A stretch of DNA of 64,000 nucleotides from Caldisericia bacterium (lineage in GTDB: Bacteria; Caldisericota; Caldisericia; JAAYUI01), in the NCBI GenBank assembly GCA_963674785.1, contig OY771555.1:256001-320000 (forward strand). Reading direction: 5' to 3'. A model generated the notes under the pieces. That model searched no databases and was not told where the DNA came from. It worked only from the letters and a program-made list of their open reading frames with translations. Made by a program: the position numbers and the translations under genes. Positions 40,754 to 48,051 of this stretch are shown one piece after another; position 1 is the stretch's first letter; every line of letters starts with the position of its first letter.

Positions 40754-40809
40754 ATAAAATGTCGCATTAGACAATTCGGCACATTTCATATAAAATATCC
40801 CCTTGTTAA

Positions 40810-43800
40810 GTGAAACGGGACAGGGGAAGTAAAGAATTGAGTAATCTAAACACCAACGCAAAAGACAAAGCACTAAAGAGTTACTACAAAGAAATAAAAG
40901 AGCAGTATGACATCTATTTTAAATCTCATACAAAAGGAAACCCACCAGAAAGTGCTGTAGAGCCAGCATTTCTAACACTCCTCCTGCACTGCTCAAAAAA
41001 AGTAAACTGGAAGTTTGTCCCAAAAAAACCACTGCCAAATGGAAACATCCCCGATGGTACATTCCTCGAACCATCCGCAGGAATCCTTTCGATGGGATAC
41101 ATAGAATCAAAGGACGATGATGACGACCTTGACGCAGAAATCCAAACCAAACTAGGAACAAAAAACTATCCCCGTTTCAACATCCTTTTCTGGCAACCAA
41201 AACGAGTGGTATTGTACCAAAAAACAAAAGTCCGAGATGAAAATATAGCAGAAAATCCGGAGATGCTTGCATCGGTTTTAAATGACTTTTTCAGTTACGA
41301 ACATTTTGACAGCCGTTCTTGGAACGAGGCGATAAAAACCTTTGATGAGCAGATGCCAATTCTTGCTAAGGGTCTGCTTGAAAAAATCGAAGAATCAGAA
41401 AAAAGTCACAAACCATTCATCAAAGAATTCGATAAATTCTATAACCTTTGCAAATCATCAATCAACCCAAACATTGGTCGACCCGCAATCAAAGAGATGA
41501 TTGTCCAGCACCTTCTCACAGAACGAATTCTTAGAAGCATCTTTGACCTGGACAGGTTTGTAACAGAAAATGCCGTTGCAGGGCAACTCGATAAACTTAT
41601 CGAATCTATGACCTCAAAATACTTCAACAGAAAGAAGTTCCTTGGCACACTCGACCATTTCTATGATGCGATAATCAAAGCTGCCGAGGGACTCGAAGAC
41701 TTCAAAACAAAACAGGTCTTCCTAAACGATATTTTTGAGCGGTTTTTCCAGGGGTGGGCGGTCAAGTCCGCAGACAGACTTGGAATCGTTTATACCCCAC
41801 AATCGGTAGTGGACTTTATGGTGAAGTCAGTTGATGAAATCCTCAAAACTGAGTTTGGAAAAAAACACGGGCTAGGAAGCAAAAACGTGCACATCATTGA
41901 CCCGTTTGTCGGAACAGGAAACTTCATCGTAAACGTGATTGACAAAATCAGCCCAACAAAACTCGCCCATAAGTACGAACATGAACTCCACTGCAATGAG
42001 ATTTCTCTCATGCCATACTACATCGCAAACATGAACATCGAACATGCCTACTTTGAGGCGGTGGGGCAAAGGAAAGAATTCCCAGGGATCTGTTTTGCTG
42101 ACACATTCCAGATGAGCGAGGAACACGGCGGACTATTTTTCAATGAGGAAAATACCCAAAGGGTAATCAAACAAGCAGGTTCTGAAATCTTTGTTGTGAT
42201 AAGCAACCCACCATATAACGCCCATCAAGCCGATGAGATGGATAACAATAAAAACAGGAAGTACCCGGTACTTGAAAACAAGATAAAAGAGACTTACTCA
42301 AAAGACTCAAAGGCGACGCTCAAAAACGCTTTGTCTGATCCATATGTAAAAGCTATCAAATGGGCAAGTGACCGAATTGGTGAAGAGGGTGTTGTTGCGA
42401 TGATCACCAACAACAGCTTTGTTGATACATACGCCTTTGATGGGATGAGGAAACATCTTGAGAAAGATTTTGATAGGATATATGTGCTTGACCTTGGTGG
42501 AAATGTCAGAAAAAACCCAAAGCTTTCTGGAACAACACACAATGTTTTTGGGATACAGGTTGGAGTATCCATAAACATCTTTATCAAAAAGAAAACCCTC
42601 CCGGATTCGCTAGGTGAACCCCCCCTACCCCCCCTGAAAGGGGGGGCTGAATTGAAAGGGGAGGGCAATAGCCCCCCTCCTCGAGGGGGGAAGGGAAGCG
42701 AAGCTTCCCAGGGGGGTTTACTAGACCTTTACTATGCAAGAGTAGACGAGTTCTGGAAAAAGGAACAAAAGTATGATTACCTAGAGAAAAAAGTTGACAT
42801 TGGTGGTGTAGAGTGGAGAAAACTCACTCCTAATAAAAACCATATGTGGCTAACAGACGGCATAGCCGATGATTTTGAGGAATATCCACTTATGGGTGAT
42901 AAGAACCAAAAAGGTAAAGCTGACTGTGATACAATTTTCAGTTTGTTTAGTAGTGGCGTAAAAACAAACAGAGATGTTTGGGCTTTCAACTTTGATAAAA
43001 AATTACTTGAAGAAAAAATGAAGCTTCTCATAAATACCTATAATGTTGAATTGAAGGCTTGGCAAATATCAAACAAGAAACAAAAAATAGATGATTTTGT
43101 CACTTATGATGACAAGATAATCAAATGGGATGGGACTCTGAAAAATGATCTTTTGAAGGGTAATAAAGGAGAGTTTTCAATCAATAAGATCAGGAGCTCA
43201 ACATACAGACCTTTTATAAAGAAGTATCTTTATTACTCATCTATGTTTAACAATAGCACATATCTACAATATAAATTCTTCCCAACCCCAGAATCTGAAA
43301 AAGAAAACCTGACAGTACTAATGACCGATGTAGGCTCAGAAAAACCATTCATGTGTTTAATTTCAGATAGGATAATTGATTTACACACAGTTGGGGCTGG
43401 ATGTAGTGCCCAATGCTTCCCCTTCTACACCTATAACGAAGACGGCACGGGCAGGCGTGAAAACATCACAGATAAGACTCTCACGATGTACCAGGAGCAT
43501 TACAAAAAAATCTCCCCACCCCCGATAGAGGAGAACCCCTCTACTCCCCTCTCCCTTCCCAAGGGAGAGGGGCAGGGGGTGAGGGTTAAACTCATAAACC
43601 TTGCAAGAACACTTAGAAAAAAACAAACCCCATCAGAAGAAATCATGTGGGGAATTCTTAGAGATAAGAGATTTGCCGGACTTAAGTTTAGAAGGCAACA
43701 CCCACTCCATGGATATATACTAGATTTCTACTGCCATGAAAAAAAGCTTGCGATTGAAATTGATGGTGGTGGTCACAATACTGAAGAAAAACAGAAGAAA

Positions 43801-44544
43801 GATAAACATCGAGATGAAGTTCTTTTGGGTAAAGGAATAAAGACTCTCAGATTTTGGTCAAATGATGTGACAGGGAATATTGAGGGTGTTGTTGATAAGA
43901 TTTACGATATTATCTCCCCACCCCAACCCTCCCCTCAGAGAGGGGAGGGAGCAGCTAGTTCTTCCCCTCTCCCAACAGATGGGAGAGGGGTTAGGGGTGA
44001 GGGTTCAAATATAACAAAATGGGATATTTTCTACTATATCTATGCTATGCTCCACCACCCAAAGTATCGAGAGGATTTCAAGGAAAACCTCAAACGTTCA
44101 CTTCCACGCATCCCTTTTGCACCAGACTTCCACTCGTTCAGTAAAACCGGCAAGAAGCTTGCCGACCTCCACCTGAACTATGAATCAGCCGAGATTTATG
44201 AGCTTGATGAGATAATCGACAAAGATATCTTCCCAGAGGCCAAATTCACGGTTGACAAAATGAAGCTTAGTAAAGATAAAACCGAGCTTATTTATAACAA
44301 GGCAATCACACTCTCTGGTATCCCGCCCGAGGTTTATGATTACAAGCTTGGTAACCGCAGTGCCCTTGAGTGGATAGTTGACCAGTACAGGGTCAAGACC
44401 GACAAACGCTCCGGCATCACCCAAGACCCGAACAATTTTGATGGTGATGAACGCTATATCTTTGACCTTGTGGGTAAGATTGTGACGGTGTCGCTTGAAA
44501 CTGTGAAGCTAGTCAAGGAGTTATCAAAGCTGAAATATAAGTAA
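40810..44544 (+). CDS. Single-chain type IIG-like restriction-modification enzyme (PD-(D/E)XK nuclease, N6-adenine MTase, type ISP C-terminal/TRD region) with two in-frame insertions
   Basis: PDG...GYIESK nuclease; IIDPFVGTGNF motif I; ISNPPY motif IV; GVKTNRD, YRPF, ITKWDIFYYIYA, LPRIP, GNRSALEW; no helicase domain; start may be TTG 40847. Confidence 0.88.
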   Translation: MKRDRGSKELSNLNTNAKDKALKSYYKEIKEQYDIYFKSHTKGNPPESAVEPAFLTLLLHCSKKVNWKFVPKKPLPNGNIPDGTFLEPSAGILSMGYIESKDDDDDLDAEIQTKLGTKNYPRFNILFWQPKRVVLYQKTKVRDENIAENPEMLASVLNDFFSYEHFDSRSWNEAIKTFDEQMPILAKGLLEKIEESEKSHKPFIKEFDKFYNLCKSSINPNIGRPAIKEMIVQHLLTERILRSIFDLDRFVTENAVAGQLDKLIESMTSKYFNRKKFLGTLDHFYDAIIKAAEGLEDFKTKQVFLNDIFERFFQGWAVKSADRLGIVYTPQSVVDFMVKSVDEILKTEFGKKHGLGSKNVHIIDPFVGTGNFIVNVIDKISPTKLAHKYEHELHCNEISLMPYYIANMNIEHAYFEAVGQRKEFPGICFADTFQMSEEHGGLFFNEENTQRVIKQAGSEIFVVISNPPYNAHQADEMDNNKNRKYPVLENKIKETYSKDSKATLKNALSDPYVKAIKWASDRIGEEGVVAMITNNSFVDTYAFDGMRKHLEKDFDRIYVLDLGGNVRKNPKLSGTTHNVFGIQVGVSINIFIKKKTLPDSLGEPPLPPLKGGAELKGEGNSPPPRGGKGSEASQGGLLDLYYARVDEFWKKEQKYDYLEKKVDIGGVEWRKLTPNKNHMWLTDGIADDFEEYPLMGDKNQKGKADCDTIFSLFSSGVKTNRDVWAFNFDKKLLEEKMKLLINTYNVELKAWQISNKKQKIDDFVTYDDKIIKWDGTLKNDLLKGNKGEFSINKIRSSTYRPFIKKYLYYSSMFNNSTYLQYKFFPTPESEKENLTVLMTDVGSEKPFMCLISDRIIDLHTVGAGCSAQCFPFYTYNEDGTGRRENITDKTLTMYQEHYKKISPPPIEENPSTPLSLPKGEGQGVRVKLINLARTLRKKQTPSEEIMWGILRDKRFAGLKFRRQHPLHGYILDFYCHEKKLAIEIDGGGHNTEEKQKKDKHRDEVLLGKGIKTLRFWSNDVTGNIEGVVDKIYDIISPPQPSPQRGEGAASSSPLPTDGRGVRGEGSNITKWDIFYYIYAMLHHPKYREDFKENLKRSLPRIPFAPDFHSFSKTGKKLADLHLNYESAEIYELDEIIDKDIFPEAKFTVDKMKLSKDKTELIYNKAITLSGIPPEVYDYKLGNRSALEWIVDQYRVKTDKRSGITQDPNNFDGDERYIFDLVGKIVTVSLETVKLVKELSKLKYK
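42617..42718. repeat. In-frame 102-bp GC-rich palindromic insertion in the RM gene
   Basis: AACCCCCC..GGGGGGTT ends; hairpins C7T-GAA-AG7, CCCCCCTC-CTC-GAGGGGGG, GGGAAGC-GAA-GCTTCCC; encodes PPLPPLKGG...PPPRGGKG. Confidence 0.85.
43510..44005 (+). mobile_element. DUF559 (Vsr-like) endonuclease cassette between repeated hairpin units, inserted in frame in the RM gene
   Basis: ARTLRKKQTPSE..LKFRRQHP..YILDFYC..LAIEIDGGGH..LRFWSND; flanks 43510-43587 and 43912-44005 both begin ATCTCCCCACCCC and end GGGGTGAGGGTT. Mobility is inferred. Confidence 0.75.
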
Positions 44545-44893
44545 CACCACCAGGTTATCAAATATGCTAATATAAAGCCCGTAGTAAGACTTTTGTGCTC
44601 TAGTCGTAACAACAAAAAATCAAACAAAATTTTTCAGCTTGTTTTGAGCTTTAAAATTAGCATCTTACTAAAAGACATTGACTCCGAACAACCCTTATAA
44701 ATAACATTCTGTTGATGTGGACTCTTCAGATACCCCCTAGTTTCATCAAAAACACATAAACATCTGTATATTTAAGATATTTAAAATATTTTTTAATATT
44801 TTCATAAATTTTGAACTTTTTTTACAATTTAGGTGTATTATATACAGTATGAAAAAGAGCAGCTGAAGAAAAGGCTGTATAAGGAGAAAGAAT

Positions 44894-45214
44894 ATGGATA
44901 AAAAAGAACAAATTACGAATGCTACCGATTCAGAAAAAACGGAAGAATTAAATAAATGTCTTTCAAGATATGGTGAGATTTCCGATGAGGGTAAAAAGAA
45001 TCGAAGGAGGATATTCTTAACAGGAAAAGATTTACCTTTGAATGACCCAGAAGTTGTTTTTGGAATGATCCAGAAAGATGTTTCCAGCTTGAAATTGAGA
45101 AAAATGAAGTTGAAAGATAAAAAAGTCTATGAATTTCACTATCTGTCAGATAAAAAGGATGATACAGGGGAAAAGATTCCATATCTTGATATTGAGCTAT
45201 TGAATAGATATTAG
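44894..45214 (+). CDS. Hypothetical protein, paralogue of 45385..45762
   Basis: AAGGAG RBS; shared EEL..CLSR.GE.S.EGKK..RRIFLT and GE.IPY.DIE. Confidence 0.75.
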   Translation: MDKKEQITNATDSEKTEELNKCLSRYGEISDEGKKNRRRIFLTGKDLPLNDPEVVFGMIQKDVSSLKLRKMKLKDKKVYEFHYLSDKKDDTGEKIPYLDIELLNRY

Positions 45215-45280
45215 TTTGAAGGATGAAATTTAGATAATCAAAAGTAGGAATTGATTATCTCCAGATCGATCACAAAATTA

Positions 45281-45318
45281 TATCATCTCAAAAGCATCTC
45301 AAAGCTTTTGAGATGATA
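45281..45318. repeat. Perfect 15-bp inverted repeat between the two paralogues
   Basis: TATCATCTCAAAAGC-N8-GCTTTTGAGATGATA. Confidence 0.8.
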
Positions 45319-45384
45319 GATTTGTTGGTGTTAAATAATATCTAGTGATTGAAAGTCTTGAAGTGACAAAAACAAAAGGAGAAA

Positions 45385-45762
45385 ATGAATATAAAAAAAA
45401 CAAATGTATATGTACGAGAAACTGAAAAAATGGAAGAGTTAGACAATTGTCTTTCGAGATTTGGTGAAGTTTCATCTGAGGGCAAAAAATATCATAGAAG
45501 GATATTTCTAACAAGAGATGATTTACCAATATGCAATGCAAAAGATCTCATTAAAATGATCAATAATGATCTGAGCAAATTAGAATTAAGCAACCTGAAG
45601 ATAGTAGTCAAAAATTATTATTTCCATTTTCAATCAGCACAAAAAGATAGAAACGGTGAGATTATACCGTATATAGATATTGAGTTTGAAAGGAGTTATG
45701 ATAGAAACAGTCAGGCTCATAAGCAACCTATAACTGATAAAGCTTCTCATTATTCAGACTAA
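45385..45762 (+). CDS. Hypothetical protein, paralogue of 44894..45214
   Basis: AAGGAG RBS; clear alignment to the upstream ORF. Confidence 0.75.
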   Translation: MNIKKTNVYVRETEKMEELDNCLSRFGEVSSEGKKYHRRIFLTRDDLPICNAKDLIKMINNDLSKLELSNLKIVVKNYYFHFQSAQKDRNGEIIPYIDIEFERSYDRNSQAHKQPITDKASHYSD

Positions 45763-46044
45763 TTTTTTGTTGTTGTAACAGAGATTAAGTCGACCGGCAT
45801 GACCATATATCAAGAGTGTGATTCTTGTAATTTTCAACAAGTCCATGATGTGTAATAGAAGAAATAATGTTCATGTCGGGATCTGAAATCTGAAGATTCC
45901 TCGAACTAAAATATCCACAGACATCAATATTGTTCTAAAGGTACTTTGCACCCTATGACAATGCTTCATTGGTGTTGTAGTAACAGAACAATTTGATATC
46001 ACTGGGAACACAATCTCAAAGCCGACTTTTTTGATGTTTTCAAA

Positions 46045-46371
46045 TCATACTTTTTTAAATGTCATAGAAATTGCTCTGTACCCTGGAACTCCTTCAAGTG
46101 ACAAATAACCATGTGAGTAATACGTGAAGTCATTATTTTTGAAAACATCTTTTCTCTCAAAGTCAAGCTTTTTAAGCTTATCCATTGTCTGATTCTTCCA
46201 ATACATCCATATTTTATGTTTGTCATCATCTGTGAAGCAAACTGTCGGAAGTATTGTAATCGAAACTAGACCACCATTATCATAGTTGTATAAATCAACA
46301 AAGAGTTTCTGATCTGGTTCATTATTTTTTACAGGATATACCATAAGCCTCCTTAAGGTTGTTACTAACAT
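46045..46371 (-). CDS. Hypothetical protein
   Basis: ORF in the AT-rich islet; AAGGAGG precedes the internal Met (MVYPVK), the likely start. Confidence 0.55.
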   Translation of the reverse strand: MLVTTLRRLMVYPVKNNEPDQKLFVDLYNYDNGGLVSITILPTVCFTDDDKHKIWMYWKNQTMDKLKKLDFERKDVFKNNDFTYYSHGYLSLEGVPGYRAISMTFKKV

Positions 46372-46459
46372 AAGTATGTTCTAATATTTTATAATTGAAA
46401 GGACATTTGAGTTTGAATAACTGATTATTGGGTTTGTTCTTTCAGAAAAATATTAGCCA

Positions 46460-46546
46460 ATCCTTGAACTGATTGGAAAGATTGTGACGGTGTCACTTGA
46501 GACTGTGAAGCTTGTAAAGGAATTGGAGAAATTACCGTATAAGTAA
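46460..46546 (+). pseudogene. Orphan diverged copy of the last 28 codons plus stop of the RM gene
   Basis: ILELIGKIVTVSLETVKLVKELEKLPYK* versus IFDLVGKIVTVSLETVKLVKELSKLKYK* (44458-44544); 23/28 aa identical. Confidence 0.85.
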
Positions 46547-46571
46547 TTCACACCCACGTCACACCACCACC

Positions 46572-46604
46572 CTACGTCTTCCCCGCGTAGGCGGGGAACC
46601 AGGA
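46572..46604 (+). repeat. Left CGTC-tagged hairpin flanking the GIY-YIG gene
   Basis: CGTC-TTCCCCGC-GTAG-GCGGGGAA-CCAGG. Confidence 0.85.
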
Positions 46605-46679
46605 AGCATAACCAAACGCATACTTACTCTTGATTCACAAATCCTCGATTTATCGGCAATTCCTTGATATAATACCTTC

Positions 46680-46967
46680 ATGAAACAGCCAGCTGTCTAC
46701 ATCCTTGCCAGCAAGAAAAATGGAACTCTATATATTGGCGTTACAAGCAATCTAATCAAAAGAGTCTGGGAGCATAAAAATAATGTAGTCGATGGATTCT
46801 CCAAGCTGTATCAAACTCATATGTTGGTTTATTTTGAGATATTCCCCAACATGGAATCAGCGATCACAAGAGAAAAAAGACTGAAAAAATGGGAGAGAGC
46901 TTGGAAGATAAGGATTATTGAGGAGAAGAATCCGGATTTGACGGATTTGTATGAACAGATTATTTAG
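46680..46967 (+). CDS. Stand-alone GIY-YIG nuclease (95 aa)
   Basis: AVYILAS..NGTLYIGVTSNL..RVWEHK..LVYFE..AITREKRLKKW.R.WK. Confidence 0.93.
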   Translation: MKQPAVYILASKKNGTLYIGVTSNLIKRVWEHKNNVVDGFSKLYQTHMLVYFEIFPNMESAITREKRLKKWERAWKIRIIEEKNPDLTDLYEQII

Positions 46968-47008
46968 TATTTTTTATTCAGAAATCAACTTCTGTCGTGA
47001 ATATAAAC

Positions 47009-47041
47009 TCCTGGATTCCCGCCTACGCGGGAATGACATAG
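47009..47041 (-). repeat. Right hairpin flanking the GIY-YIG gene, inverted relative to 46572-46604
   Basis: Reverse complement TGTC-ATTCCCGC-GTAG-GCGGGAAT-CCAGG; 28/33 identical to the left copy. Confidence 0.85.
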
Positions 47042-47068
47042 AATAAATGTGAGAATGTCTAGTTACTA

Positions 47069-48001
47069 CTACATAGCCTCCTGAATTGTATCATCCATCC
47101 AGCCGCCCCAACCTGGGGTTTCTTTTACTCCACCACCTGGGATCAGTTCAATTCTTCTCCTGTGGACAAGTGTAAGTCTCAGAGATTCTAAAATTGCAGG
47201 AGTGACGGTATGTGCCTGTTCCTGGCTTCCTGAGTCGATTGGTACACGTGTTGAAACCTGCTTTAGGTAAAGATTATTCAAGTTTCCAATCTTTGATTCC
47301 AAACTTGGACTTGCATCAATAACCGGCAAACCAAGTTCTTTGCAGCCTCTTCTTGTAAATGGAAGGTTTGATGAGTATGAACCTGTAACAAACTCTGAAA
47401 CAATATTCATCGCCTCATCCTCTTCATATTTTTTTCCTGAAAGGGCTACCGCTTTTTCACACACCTCAACCGCGAGGTTGTGCGCTCTCATTGCAGAACC
47501 CAACATCATAGGGTCAATCTCGATTCTGTCAAAGGCAGTCGTGGTGTCGACATCCCAGAAACTTGCAAATCTCATATATTCCATGATGTCAAACGGATTT
47601 ATGAATCTGCTCGCCTCATCATCTGGCTCTGACCTTACTGTTTGAATATGCATTGGGCCAAGCTCAGAGATTGGAGACATTATTATTTCATCCGCTCCAA
47701 GTGCGATGAATGCTGAAGCACTGAAAAGCTGCCCAGGAACAATCACCGAGAGATGATCGCAGAACTCTCGAAGCAATGAAAGCACCCTCCAGACAGCCTC
47801 TGGTGAGCCACCCCTTGCAGAAATCATGAGGTCGATTTTTGTCTGTCTGCCCATTGTCATGAGCTGGTGGAAGAGTGGCGGAACCACATCATCTGCAACC
47901 GATGCTCCCTGTGGGGAGAGCATATATGTCAATACCTTTGAGCCACGTTCAGCCTCGATTGCTGAAATCAGCTCATGTCTTTTATTTCTTGTTTCGTCCA
48001 T
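47069..48001 (-). CDS. ClpP-fold (SDH/SppA-like) serine protease homologue
   Basis: IDLMISARGG, SASAFIALGADEIIM..SELGP; GGAGG RBS before MDETRN. Confidence 0.8.
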   Translation of the reverse strand: MDETRNKRHELISAIEAERGSKVLTYMLSPQGASVADDVVPPLFHQLMTMGRQTKIDLMISARGGSPEAVWRVLSLLREFCDHLSVIVPGQLFSASAFIALGADEIIMSPISELGPMHIQTVRSEPDDEASRFINPFDIMEYMRFASFWDVDTTTAFDRIEIDPMMLGSAMRAHNLAVEVCEKAVALSGKKYEEDEAMNIVSEFVTGSYSSNLPFTRRGCKELGLPVIDASPSLESKIGNLNNLYLKQVSTRVPIDSGSQEQAHTVTPAILESLRLTLVHRRRIELIPGGGVKETPGWGGWMDDTIQEAM

Positions 48002-48051
48002 ATTTCCTCCGGTGGAGATTTTATCCATGAGAATCTTACCGCATTAGTTTT

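Noticed and set aside
43510-44005. Intein or self-splicing intron in the RM gene
   Set aside because: No N-terminal Cys/Ser block, no His-Asn followed by Cys/Ser/Thr, no room for a Hint domain, and no recognisable group I/II core.
45281-45318. Integron attC site
   Set aside because: Lacks RYYYAAC/GTTRRRY ends and extrahelical bases; no integrase in the window.
45763-46044. Possible decayed minus-strand ORF with two in-frame TAG codons
   Set aside because: No start, RBS or recognisable homology; other genes here end in TAG, so recoding is unsupported.
46572-47041. Classical insertion sequence
   Set aside because: No DDE, HUH or serine transposase and no evident target-site duplication; mobility remains a hypothesis.
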